DNA of 64,000 nt from positions 11,284,001 to 11,348,000 of the forward strand of contig NC_042998.1 in NCBI RefSeq assembly GCF_006345805.1, read 5' to 3'. The position numbers were made by a program, and so were the translations under genes. Numbering within the stretch: the first letter of the stretch is position 1; each line of letters opens with the position of its first letter. Below the pieces are notes generated by a model. It saw only the letters and a program-made list of their open reading frames with translations, had not been told where the DNA came from and ran no database searches. Shown here piece after piece: positions 12,420-25,488 of the stretch. The DNA is from Octopus sinensis (taxonomy: Eukaryota).

Positions 12420-12706
12420 GGTGTAACATCGTCTCTGTTTTTGCATCCTTGTTTTCGTATACATTCGATGCTTTCTTCCAAGGAATCTAATGCTCTTAGC
12501 TTAGTTTTTCCTTAGGGCTGGCCAGATTGGAGCAATCTCAAGATTAATCAGTCGAAATTGCGAGGATGATCCGGTTCTTGACAGAGGAGAGAAAGCTTCG
12601 AATGACCCATCCTTGTTTTTTTGTATCGTTCATCTGGATGTTTTGTTGTCCCTTTTTGTATCACCTAGTTGTCCGGATGTTTTGCGTTCTTGTCCCATTT
12701 TGTATT
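12420..12706 (+). mobile_element. Interspersed repeat, probably a PLE 3' region
   Basis: Homologous in reverse orientation to 50095-50345 (gaaattgcgaggatgatccggtt...gcttcgaatgaccc...gttttgcgttcttgtcccattttgta). Ends at (TA)n. Confidence 0.55.
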
Positions 12707-12719
12707 ATATATATATATA

Positions 12720-13495
12720 CTAGCAGTATTGCACAGCTCGTGCGCTCGTGCGTTCTATGCATTCGCGAATTAAGCTAAACTTGGATGAAGTTCAATCAAA
12801 ATTCAATTATTTTGGTTTTAAAATCAAGCATTTAATGCCCTCTATTTTTGCGCTTATGTGTTCCATTTCCTCAATAGGAAGTACGTAGAAGCGTTTCATA
12901 AATTTTTGTTGATCAAATAATTGCATTGTTGAATTATTTTTTTAGATCAGTATTTCTCAGCGGGGATTTCAGGGTAGAGTTTCAGGGAGTCGCTGGCGAT
13001 GTATCGTGATGATAAAAAATCCGGCCTGCTAAAATTTGGTTAAAGTGATTCAAACTGCAGACTCAACGCAAAATAGTCACATTTAATTCAAAGCGTTAAA
13101 AATATTACGAAAACAATTCGTATGTGTTCACCAAGTCCAAACGATTAATACGAAAAGACCCTGCAGGCTACATCCCGAAAATTCATTTCTTTGCCGAATT
13201 TCTACAATGTTTACGGCGATTCGTTTTTATATCTTGATTTTTATTTTTCATGCAATTTACGATGACTGAGTAAAATTCACTATTCAATGCAAACACATTA
13301 TCGATTTTTGCACTTGCGAGATGAATTTCGGAACAGAAATAGCGCAGTTTAATTTTCATTCGCCTAAACTTTAAGTGACCCATTTTTTGTGGTTCTACGA
13401 TTTGTTGGCTAGGAGGAGATGTGCCGGAAAGTCAAACACACAGACACACAGATACACACACAGACACACAAGTTGAGTTTTATATATATATATAC
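12720..13495 (-). mobile_element. Non-autonomous Helitron
   Basis: CTAG terminus at 12720-12723 (actagcagta). The other end acacaagttgagttttatatata resembles the 5' end of 16904-17409. Confidence 0.6.
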
Positions 13496-13604
13496 ATATA
13501 TATGTATGTATGTATATATATATTCTCGCTCACATAGCATTTACATATCCGTTATTTTGAAAACAAGTGTTTAACATTTTATTTCATATATATATATATA
13601 TATT

Positions 13605-13646
<42 letters not shown>

Positions 13647-13654
13647 ATATATAT

Positions 13655-13868
13655 ATTGTGAAATAGAAAGATGAATAATCTTGTTGCAGATTAATCAAAA
13701 GTTTAACCGATACCTTGGTAGCAAAAATCACAGCAGAAGACAGCACGGTTGGAGGTACAATCATATGGTGTTGCAACCGTGCGTTGGTGCGGATAATTGA
13801 ATTTTAATATTATTAGTGAAACGATTACTGTTCAATCTTCGTTCAACTCCATTTCTTCAATTCACTAA

Positions 13869-13875
<7 letters not shown>
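13655..13875. mobile_element. PLE-like fragment with internal inversion
   Basis: 13656-13760 (-) is homologous to 38174-38260 (+), and 13838-13862 (+) to 38088-38112 (+). A 16-bp inverted duplication taatattattagtgaa/ttcactaataatatta is present. Confidence 0.5.
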
Positions 13876-13949
<74 letters not shown>

Positions 13950-16246
13950 ATATGTGTGTGTGAGACTGAGAAACGAAATGCAATTTACGATCAAAATTTT
14001 CAGGTTTATTTTGATTAAACAGTTGACATCTTCAGAGCAACAAAACCTTTCAATACTTTTTTGCCTGCTTTAATGTCTCTGGCTATCATTCACTCCCACT
14101 CCGTTTCTTGTTTTATTCTTCTTTCCCCAGCGTGACCGAAAAGTCACATTGCATGTTATTATATGTTAGAGATATATTGCTCTCCCTGACAAATTATCCA
14201 GATTTAATATACATAGCAACACGCAAGAAGTGAAACCACGATCATGGATTGTCCCAAGATAATTTTAAACTATTTATTTGCAAAACGTATCGTCTTATAA
14301 CTAAAGCAAGTCCAAGTTGTGGAATTAGTCTCTCTCTTCCCTCTCAGTCCCTCTCTCTCTTCTCATCCTCACTCCCCCTCTCTCTCTAACATAAACTTCT
14401 AGGAAGATTTGATAGTAGTACAACACGTTCACAAACACAGACAATCATTGAACCGCATTGTGATATCTTTTTACAGATAGATTTCCATGCCATTGTGTAA
14501 ATGCTCTTTCAATGGTAAATGTGTCTACCCATGCAAGTGTTAATGAGACAAGAAGCCTTCTACAAAAACCATTCGTGGATAGTAGACTTCCCTTGTAGGA
14601 CGTATATCAAATTACCGCGTCAAAGATTACTTAGAAACTGTATGCAGTATCTCAAACACTACTTGCACACTCACCTACTAGGAGAAAGGATCATATACAA
14701 CTAGAAAAGTGACTACAAATGTTTGATTCAGAGTTATATAACTTTACTTCTGCAAAGCTGGTACTCACAATGGGAATAATTTTGTTTCAAACTGGCTGTC
14801 TTCCTCTGAATTCCTTAGACAATGCTTGTGAATATACTCTATATTTTTCCTATGAATGTATGTGCTACTGTATGCAATTATTGTATCCATACATAAGATT
14901 GATATGCAGCGTTTTATTATGTCCATGTGTGTACGGACATTAACTTCAGGTACCTGTATCCTCATGCTGGACTTTAAAATCTACAATGCGAACTAAAGTA
15001 CTGGAAAATAATTCTGATACGACAGCATAAAATTAATAATATATCACTGGCCAGCATCATCATCTAAGGAAAAAGTATTGGAGGTGTGATAATCATAAAC
15101 GAACTATGAGGTAAATTTAGAATACGCTCAGTAGCGGAGATATGAGAGGGAAAATGGGTGAGCTAGTTGCCATTACTTTAAATAAAGAATGACATCTGCC
15201 CATCATACAAGTTATGGAGTTGGGTGTGTATTTAATTTTAAAGAGTTTTGTACTTGATTGGCACGACCTAAGTGGGATAACGACATTATAACGATAATTT
15301 GATAAAATACAAAAATGACCGAGCATGACACTTGAAAGCAGAACAAGCTTCTATTATAAATTTCATGTTTGTTTTCAACTGTCCTCCTGCCAAGTCATTT
15401 TCGTATTATTGCACTCCACCTGACGGTCACTTAGCTCTTATAAATTTTCTACTATTTTATTTTCATACTCAAACCATTTGTCGCTTTGCTTTGATCGAAT
15501 TTCTTTTAATGATGTCATCTCCGTTAGCATCTGAATTTATAATGTTTCTAGTTTGTATAATCTTGAATCTTCTGATTTAAAAAAAAATTTGGTGTTGACC
15601 TTTATTTCATTGAAGCTGTTCTGGAAATTATATTTAACATGGCACAACGAGACACACTTCAGTTACAAAAGAAAATCTCGTTTACATGACCAAATGCAGA
15701 AACATAAGTGAACATCATTGGTTTATCCGTGAGACACAAGAAATGGAAATTGTAGTATTGAGTTTATTCTTAAAGTAAATAAACGCAAATCAACAGCAAA
15801 ATTATTATTTTAATGGCGGAAGAAAGTTATCGCTGGGCCGATTAGAATAGTGTTTCATTTAAAAGAAACTTTGTTTCATTAAGAGGGACAATCGAGTTTT
15901 TGATTGTCAAATCCTCTAAAATTTGATTGACATAGAATACAAAGTTAGTTTAAATAATAAAGGCGATAACTCTGCATACGATTGTATTTGCTGATAGCCT
16001 TAGATGAACATAACTACTGCTTCGTAATGAAATTATGTTTGATTTCTCGATGTTATCTGTGGGCAATTTCTGAAACGACTAAGAAATTTACTGTAACTAT
16101 ATCAATTTCCTTCCAAGATATCATTTGTGAAATAGTAAAAAGGGAAATCTAAAGACAAGTTCCAGGTTAGGTGTAGCATATATTTACATTCTATACCACA
16201 CAACTAATATTGACTTGAGTCCGTGAGGCACATATATTTAAAAGCT

Positions 16247-16656
16247 ATACTCTCTTTTACTCTTTTACTTGTTTCAGTCATTTGACTGCGGCCATGCTGG
16301 AGCACCGCCTTTAATCGAGCAACTCGACCCCGGGACTTATTCTTTTGTAAGCCTAGTATTCTATCGGTCTCTTTTGCCGAACCGCTAAGTAACGGGGACA
16401 TAAACACACCAACATCGGTTGTCAAGCAATGCTAGGGTACAAACACAGACACACAAACACACACACACACGCATATATATATATACATATATACGACGGG
16501 CTTCTTTCAGTTTCCGTCTACCAAATCCACTCACAAGGCTTTGGTCGGCCCGAGGCTATAGTAGAAAACACTTGCCCAAGGTGCCACGCAGTGGGACTGA
16601 ACCCGGAACCATGTGGTTGGTAGACAAGCTACTTACCACACAGCCACTCCTGCGCC
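16247..16656 (-). mobile_element. SINE family A, full length
   Basis: tRNA-like head ggcgcaggagtggctgtgtggtaag...gggttcagtccc (A/B boxes), internal (TA)/(TG) tract and (AAAGAGT)n tail. Confidence 0.92.
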
Positions 16657-16903
16657 TATATATACACTCTTACACACACACAAATTATTAAGGTGACTAT
16701 TCGCAATTTTAAAATCAAAATGCACAAGTACAATCGTCAATAAAGTGACTAAGGGTGCAGATCAGCACCAGCATTGTTAGAAGTAAGAGTCAAAACAACT
16801 CTTAGCCACAGGCAAAGCACTTATCTGTTGACTGAGAAAGAAGAACAACCTCCCTACAGCAAGTGGTATATATATAAAATGTATATGAATAATATATAAG
16901 TAA

Positions 16904-17409
16904 CTAGCAGTATCGCCCGGCGTTGCTCGGGTTTGTAAGGGAAATAACTATATAAGCATTTTTAGAGAGTTACTTCCCTTATAAATTCGGGCTTTCTTAG
17001 CCATTTTTGTTTTGGTGTCTTCAAGCCATGAAGTCGTTGTTCTAAAAGAACGCTGGTTTCCTTCACAACGCATTACGACGTTGATTTCTTTACACTCCCT
17101 TCCCCACAGCTTCACGAGGGAGGGAAGGGGGAGAAGCAAACAGGTGCAGCTGTGAGCGTGGACGCCAACTCCGCCGCCATCGACATACGATGCATTTTAT
17201 GCATTAAAATGGAATAAAAAATGATGTTAAATTATTTTTAAAATCGTAGACTCATCGTTGACGCGCGCTAATAGTCAGACGGGCTCGATATGAATCACGA
17301 CTATAAGATACCCGAATTTGGTTAAACTGCACCGCAAAATGTGGGAGGAGTTAGGAATCTAAATCGAAGGGGACAGACACTCACACAACTAGAGTTTTAT
17401 ATATATAGA
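16904..17409 (-). mobile_element. Non-autonomous Helitron
   Basis: A|TC start, CTAG|T end, subterminal hairpin cccgagcaacgccggg. Inverted copy at 17487-17998. Confidence 0.85.
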
Positions 17410-17486
17410 TAAACATTAAAGAAAGCCTTCAGTCGAACTTACTGGGTCGTAAGGCCTGTAGAAATATATTTAAAAAATCTGGCTAA

Positions 17487-17998
17487 TCTATATATATAAA
17501 ACTGTAGTTGTGTGAGTGTCTGTCCCCTTCGATTTAGATTCCTAACTACTCCCACATTTTGCGGTACAGTTTAACCAAATTCGGGTATCTTATAGTCGTG
17601 ATTCATATCGAGCCCGTCTGAGTATTAGTGCGCGTCTACGATGAGTCTACGATTTAAAAAATAATTTAACATAATTTTTTATTCCATTTTAATGCATAAT
17701 TTTTCGTGTGTCGATGGCGGCGGAGTTGGCGTCCATGGTCACACCTGCACTTGTTTGCTTCACCCCCTTCTTCCCTCCCTCGTGAAGCTGTGGGGAAGGG
17801 AGTGTAAGGAAATCAACGTCGTAAAGCGTTGTCAAGGAGACCAGCGTTTTTTAGAACAACGACTTCATGGCTTGAAGACACCAAAACAGAAATGGCTAAG
17901 AAAACCCGAATTGGCATCTATAAGGGAAGTAACTCTCTAAAAATGCTTATATAGTTATTTCCCTTACAAACCCGAGCAACGCCGGGCGATACTGCTAG
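17487..17998 (+). mobile_element. Non-autonomous Helitron
   Basis: a|tctatatatataaaac...cccgagcaacgccgggcgatactgctag|t: canonical Helitron termini and AT target. Confidence 0.85.
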
Positions 17999-18662
17999 TT
18001 GGAAATAAGGGAAATGTGGTAAGAAGAAAAAAAAAACGATACGGAATCGAGTACGGTAAGCTAACGAGTATATTGCTTAAATTTAGGTCAGCAGTGGCTA
18101 TAGTTAGTTAAGGCCGGAGAGAGAAAGAGAGAAATGGTGAGCGTGTGAACATTTTTGATGAATCACAGCGCATGGGTATATACATATTTGAAAACGTTGA
18201 AAAATTTATTGTTATAAAAAATGGCGAGATCAAAAATTTAAAGAGGTGCATTAAAACTGAATAGGGAAAGACAGAGATTGTCTACTTCCTCCTAGTAAAA
18301 CAAAAGCTAAGTATTCAGGCATGTTGGCATGATCTCACTGTGTTGCAGTAGGTAATTGTCAAAGTGTCAGCATTTAATAAAAGTTCTGATTTAACTTTCG
18401 ACATCTTAAATCTGTGATTATGAGATATTCTTAGACATACATAACCTGTAACGACTATATAAGTGTGTGCACGTGTACGTGCGCGAGGGTTATTAAGATT
18501 AAAAGCGACAGACACTTTTAGTGGAGTGATTACATATAACAGGTAGACCCTTAACCTTTATTGCGACAAAAATTGCGACAGAGAATTCAGAGTTTATCTA
18601 GATTAATTCACCAATCAATGCAATACGCGAGACTTCGATGTAACAATCACACAACACATACG

Positions 18663-18695
<33 letters not shown>

Positions 18696-19423
18696 TCGAG
18701 CGCGCATATATATATATATGTGTGTGTGTGTACGAATGTCTGTCTGTCTGTCTGTCTGTCTATGTGTATGCATGTATGTATGTATGTATGCATGTATATA
18801 AGTATGTATGTCATTGCTCAATTTCATTTCAAGATTTCTTGCCAATAGAGAAAGAACTAGTTTCTAACGTAGATCCAAGGTTCCTTCATTGGAATTTCAA
18901 CATTAACAACAGGGTATTTTTGTTTGTATATATGTATTTATATGTAGAGATTTGTGTTTTGCTTTATGTATATATTTTCATGCATATATTGCTAGTTGCA
19001 GACCTAGACATTCTCATATATTTTTAAATGATAAACTTCTGGAAAGTTTTAAAGATTTTTACGGTTCCAGTGATGGATTGGATCTGTAGTCTTCGAATCA
19101 GCTTTCTCGTTTCTGGTTTTGAGAAGCCCGATTTCTCAAGATTGGTATTTAAGCAGTGTTATGTATGTATGTATGTATAAAAGCTGACACTCATATACGA
19201 TATCTATCCTATCCATGTAACAAATATTCATATATATATATAATTCATATATATATATATATATGTATGTATGTATATATGTATATATGTATGTATGCAT
19301 GTATATATGTATATATATATGTATGTATGTATATATGTATGTATATATGTATGTATGTACGATATGCATACGCTGTCAGCAACTACGAATAGAAAATTTT
19401 CACAATTTCGATGACGACGACGC

Positions 19424-19571
19424 GAAGAAGAAGAAGAAGAAGAAGAAGAAGAAGAAGAAGAAGAAGAAGAAGAAGAAGAAGAAGAAGAAGAAGAAGAAGA
19501 AGAAGAAGAAGAAGAAGAAGAAGAAGAAGAAGAAGAAGAAGAAGAAGAAGAAGAAGAAGAAGAAGAAGAAG
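19424..19571. repeat. (GAA)n microsatellite, about 49 units
   Basis: Perfect GAA array; source of the poly-K ORF. Confidence 0.97.
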
Positions 19572-20779
19572 CGGTTGTTCGTGAAACCTATTTTTTATTC
19601 AATTATTAACGTAAATACCCCCAGGAAAGAATATAATGATGATAAATGCTCTTCTGTAATATATGTTACAATGATTAACTTATTTATTCACTTAATTAAT
19701 GCTGTATATTTTTTGATGAATTATCTTCTTTTTGTTCGCCTAAAGTAAGACTCATTTCTTTGAGATTACTATAAGAAAAATATGTTTTTAAATTCTTTAA
19801 GACGTAAGTGCACTGATACCGAGCAGTATAATAATATAAAAATATGTATATGCCTGAATATACAAACATCATTTTCACAATCTTTATGAAACTAAATAAG
19901 GGCTATTAAAAAGGCCATTTGCAAAATATGCATATAACATATCTCCTCTCCTCTTGTTGTCTCTCCCTACTCCGGTATCCTTGACTGTTATAGCGAATTT
20001 TCTCTCACACACATTACGCCTAAAATGTTTATTCACTAACAACTTTAATACTCATCTTTTCCCGAGGAATGGTTTTCCCTGAAGTGTTAGATTTCTTCCT
20101 TTTTGTATAAAATTTGTTCAGCTGTTCTGGTTATTTGCATTATTATTTCATGATGCAGACCACCTTTATTTTTTCCGGATTTTATGTTTCACTATATATT
20201 TTTATCTTTTTGCGTCTTCTGTTTATCTTCCTTGTAATATTGATTTCAAACTTAGAGCAGTAGGTCTCAAAATTTGAGCAAGTAACATACATCTTTATAT
20301 TGAAACCGGAAGGATGAAATACAGGGTTCATTTCGACAGGATCTGACCCTAAAATGTAGGACTCGGTAACTAATAACTACGAAGCATTTCACCCGACACG
20401 CTAATGATACCGCCGATTTTCTGATATGTATCCCTCACCTTAGTGCTCAACGGCATGGTGGATACTAAATTATGAATTTCATAGGCATGACTCTGTGGTT
20501 AAGAACTGCCCTTTGTGATCACATGATTCCAGATTCGAGATAACCGGTTGAGCACTGGAGTCAATGTAATTGACTAACCTCTTCCCCAGAATTGCAGGCC
20601 TTGTGCCAAAACTTGAAACCAATATTAATTTCATCATATGTTCAAGGACGCTAACATTATATCACTGATTAAACATGAAACATGCACTAAGACTCATTTG
20701 CACATATACGTATAACTTTCTATATATTTTTGTATAATAGTATGTATGTTTTTTGCTTTTGTTTTTGTTGTGATGCTGA

Positions 20780-22030
20780 CTCATGCAGTCCGGGACTGTG
20801 CAAAGGGTATTCCAATGCAAATTAGAACTACAGGAAGGATCTTTGATCTAAGACGGTTCAATTTCAAATCAATGTGTTCCAAATATTAATTAGAGAACTC
20901 TTGTCTGCAGATGAGCTTGACATTTTGTTTTGCAACATCTTGTAATGCCTTGGCATGGAAATTACTTTTAAAAATACCAATGTAATGTTTACCTCGTCAC
21001 CAGTGGAAGGATATATCAAGGGAAATATAATGGTGCATAGAACTAGGTTGGGTATAGTCGACACTTTTGTTTACTTGGGTAGTACATTATCAAGGGATGG
21101 TTCACTGGATGCAGAAATACACCTGCGAAAAGAGAGTATGGAGAGATCATGGTATCAATATCAAGACCAAGATTAGTATGTACAAGGCCCGCATTCTAAG
21201 TACTCTGTTGTACTCTTCGGAAACATCGTATGTCCCTTAATTTACTTCAACACTTTAACCAAAGGTGTTTAAGAAGAAATCCTAAACATCAAATGGTAAC
21301 TGAAAATACCTGACACACAAATCGTTATAGATGCTGGCTGCACGAGCATTGAATCTACCATCATATCCTCTCAAATGCGTTGGGTAAGCCATGTTGTGCG
21401 CGTGAATGCGGAAAGACTCCCAAAACAACTACTTTACAGTCAATTGTACACTGGGAAACGCCTTCAGCAAAAACTACGAAAAAGATATAAAGATTGCATA
21501 AAAAAAGCAGCCTTAAAGATCTTCAGGTTGACGATCAGGAATGGGAAGTGCTTGCTTTAAAGAGAAGTAAACGGAGAGGATATGTGAAGGGAGGCAACAG
21601 AATGTTTGATCATGCGAAACTTTTACGCCGACTTTGAAAAGTGCATAGTCATCAATAAGAATATAATGAGCTGGACGTGTGTGGTCGTTTACTGCTCTCT
21701 AAATCTGGCTACATCACTCATTTAAATTCACATAAAAAGGCAACAGTATGCAGCTCTACCCCTCCAATACTAGATGGGGCAACGTGTTGTGTGCAAAGCG
21801 ATTTGCAAATCAAAACCTGGTCTTCAAAGCATATGAAGGTACATAAGGATGACATCCCACAAGTTGACCCAATAATTCCAACAGAAGGCACATCTTTTGT
21901 CTGTCACATTTGCTGCAGACCGTGCAGGTCTAATGCAGGACTTAAAAGCCACATAAGAGGTCATGGACAGATGTCTGGAGCCAATGATAGTCGATGGGGG
22001 TATATGGGGAGACTGCAATCATCTGCAAAG
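20780..22030 (+). mobile_element. RTE-clade LINE 3' portion (RT thumb + C2H2-like zinc fingers), degenerate
   Basis: VDTFVYLGSTLSRDGSLDAEI; QMRWVSHVVRVNAERLPKQLLYSQL..GKR..RKRYKD; CGRLLLSKSGYITHLNSH; CHICCRPCRSNAGLKSHIRGH. Confidence 0.85.
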
Positions 22031-22222
22031 ATGATGCAATCGCCATTTAAATATGTGTGTATATATATATAATATTCACATATAAATAGATATATACATG
22101 TGTGTATATGTGTGTGAGTGTACATAAATAAAGATATCATTATTAATAAAGAAAAATAATAATATAAGTGACTAGCAAGCATAAAACCAAAGAGGTAAAA
22201 TTACAATTTATAATCAAGAGTA

Positions 22223-22350
22223 CTAGATAGTACCAGCATCGCTCGATATATATGTCGAAAAATACTCAAATAAACCATTATATCACTAAAAGGTTAACAG
22301 GCTGGCGAAATCGAGGAGCGATTAAAAATATTGAACATACCATACAGAGA
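22223..22350 (-). mobile_element. Helitron 3'-end fragment
   Basis: CTAG at 22223 followed by atagtaccagcatcgct. Homologous in inverted orientation to 23400-23524. Confidence 0.55.
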
Positions 22351-22689
22351 GAGGAAGAGAGAGAGAGAGGACTAATTTGCCCAGATTATATATATATATA
22401 TATATGTACTGCATTGATGACATTATATCATACCTTGATACTGTGTGAAATGACATGCCCATTGACAGGCCGCAAACATTCAATAAAGTGTAATACACTT
22501 ATGATATGCAAATTAGAAGCTTCTCTCCTCTATAGCTACATGATTTGTTATGTATATAAACGGAGGGGCTGGTTGATTTTCTAGGAATGGTTAGAATGCT
22601 GTAGACACCTCTGATAAGAACCCAATACGGTTCGAAAAACGATTGAAGCTATTCATGATCTTTAAGGAGAAATAGTTACGCTTACCATA

Positions 22690-22697
22690 TATGTATA

Positions 22698-22732
<35 letters not shown>

Positions 22733-23045
22733 TAAAAAGAAGTTTGAAGACGCCACTATATAAGATCAATTTTAATTTTCTTAGAGATTTTACGTTTCGG
22801 TTCTTCTTGAAAAATCGATCCTTATCGAAAATATTTTTAAAAGGTAAGTGTAATAAAAAAGTTCATAATTGTTTCTTACTAGTTTCAACAGAGTCCACAT
22901 CGTTGGATGTGATCGTGAAAGTGACCATTGGCCGTAATAGCAGTAGTAGCAGAGACCGTTGGTCGTAGTAGTAGTAGTAATAGTAGTAGTAGTGACCGTG
23001 TTGGCGGTGGGGGTGGCTGGAGTTGTAGCAGTAGTTCATTGGCTA

Positions 23046-23081
<36 letters not shown>

Positions 23082-23524
23082 CTGTAATAGCAGCAGTAGC
23101 AGAGACCGTTGTTTTCAGTAGTAGTAGTGATCGTGGTGGTAGTGTTAGTGGTTGTTGTTGTAGAATTCCCGTTTTCTTTTTGAATAACCAATATATGGTT
23201 TTAATGTTCCTGGCCTAGGGTGTTTAGACTTGGTCCGGATTTTCTAATGTAATGGAGTCTTTGTTATGACGTTGAGTGAAAGTTACATTGTTATTGAATT
23301 GATAAATTGGGAAAGTTGTGAATTTTGGATTTTCATTTGACGCACACCTGTCTATGCGGCCGCTGACAGGTATTTTCCTGTATTCAGGATTGCTAATTTG
23401 GGATTTATGTACTCGTATGTTCAATATTTTTAATCGGTCCTCGATTTCACCAGCCTGCTAACTTTTTAGAGATATATTTGAGCATTTTTCAAATTTTATT
23501 TCCAGCGATGCTGGTACTATCTAG
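22690..23524 (+). mobile_element. Non-autonomous Helitron with internal (GTA)n
   Basis: Ends with the ccagcgatgctgg hairpin + tactatCTAG at 23524. The 5' boundary is approximate. Confidence 0.5.
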
Positions 23525-23592
23525 CACTCTTGATTATGATATATATATATATATATAAACGTATATATATACATATATTATATGTATGTGTG

Positions 23593-23640
<48 letters not shown>

Positions 23641-23693
23641 TATATACACACATATATATATATATATATACATACATATATATATATACATAC

Positions 23694-23725
<32 letters not shown>

Positions 23726-23732
23726 TATATAT

Positions 23733-23775
<43 letters not shown>

Positions 23776-24214
23776 TATATATATGTATATAAAGGTCTTG
23801 TTATACGCTCGGCTATAATAAAAACAATTTTACACAATTCTGATGAGCTACTCTATACTTTTGCGGAATACAAATTTATCGTTCTCATACAAGAATGTTC
23901 TTGACAGTCATTTTGAAGTTTCGGCGTACTTGTTTCACAGTCCGAAGATGGCTTATCTGGCCGAAACTTCGTTGTCACCGTCAAACACATTCTTCTATTT
24001 TCCCGTTCTCTCTCTATTTTTTCTCTCATCCTTTTCTGTCCAAGAGCGTAGGCTCCAAACCTCAAAGACTTTTGCATTTTAACCGAGAGTCAAACTAGTA
24101 TACATACTTGTTGTTCTCTCACCTGACTGTGTCCTTTGCTTTCTGTAAATTTGAACTATATATATATATATGCGGAAAAACTAGACGATCACACAACGTA
24201 AGCGATGACATGCT

Positions 24215-24550
24215 GAGACCCCCTTCGGTCATGACTGACCATGGGATTGCACCTAGAAAGTTACTCTCCCAAGCACAAGTCCGGGCAAGGTTGTTTATGG
24301 AAGACCAGCAGTCGCCCATGCATACCGACCTCCCCTCTCCACGACACTAGTGTTATCCGAGGGAAAGGCAAAGGCCGATACTGCTTGGTACCTGTGACGT
24401 CGCAACTCATTTCTGCGGCTGCGTGAACTGAAGCAGCGTGAAATAAAGTGTCGTGCTCAAGAACACAACACGCAGACCGGTCCGGGATTCGAACTCACAA
24501 CCTCACGATCGTAAGCTCGATGCTCTAACGACTCAGCCATGCGCCTTCAC
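24215..24550 (-). mobile_element. SINE family D (tRNA head, CORE-like central part)
   Basis: Head gtgaaggcgcatggctgagtcgttagagcatcg...gagttcgaatcccgg (A/B boxes), then gtgttgtgttcttgagcacgacactttatttcacg. Confidence 0.75.
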
Positions 24551-24684
24551 ATAGATGACATGGACGACAACATAAACGGCAAACAGGACAGAAACAAGAT
24601 ACCTGGACCATTCGCAGCAGATTCCTTCATCACCCGGTTTCTGGAGAGTTATTATAGTTTCACACACTTTTAGCATCCTTTGTT

Positions 24685-24719
<35 letters not shown>

Positions 24720-24746
24720 CGTATTACGTTTTCCAACCATAATATA

Positions 24747-25151
24747 GGCGCAGGAGTGGCTGTGTGGTAAGTAGCTTGTTTACCAACCACATGGTTCCGG
24801 GTTCAGTCCCACTGCGTGGCACTTTAGGTGTCTTCTACTATAGCCTCGGGCCGACCAAAGCCTTGTGAGTGGATTTGGTAGACGGAAACTGAAAGAAGCC
24901 CGTCGTATATATATATATAATATATATATATATGCGCGTGTGTGTTTGTGTGTCTGTGTTTGTCCCCCTAGCATTGCTTGACAACCGATGCTGGTGTATT
25001 TATGTCCCCGTTACCTAGCGGTTCGGCAAAAGAGACCGATAGAATAAGTACTGGGCTTACAAAAGAATAAGTCCCGGGGTCGAGTTGCTCGATTAAAGGC
25101 GGTGCTCCAGCAGTCAATGACTGAAACAATTAAAAGAGAGTAAAAGAGTAA
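24747..25151 (+). mobile_element. SINE family A, full length
   Basis: Head ggcgcaggagtggctgtgtgg through tail aaagagagtaaaagagtaaaa. Confidence 0.92.
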
Positions 25152-25457
25152 AAAATAGCAACAAGTGCAATAGAAGTTTACAAGTCAATACTTCGTCCTA
25201 ATTTTGTGCTGTCGGTGTATTCTCCACTGTTTTTCAGTGTATTTTCTATAGCATTTTGACCCAGCATTGAAAGCTACAACGCGTCGTATAAGAATACGTC
25301 TCTGCAAACAATAATATCGAAGATAGAAATATACTTAATGGATGTATATTCGTGTTTGAAGGGTTATTGCTTCTGAAAACTTGTTTAATTTGTTTGATCT
25401 TTACATGTTACATCTAGTTTTTATTTGTATCATACACACACACACAATTACACGCAC

Positions 25458-25488
<31 letters not shown>

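Noticed and set aside
14500-15580. Possible degenerate Gypsy integrase (-) or membrane-protein pseudogene (+)
   Set aside because: Only scattered motif resemblance, with many stops in all frames.
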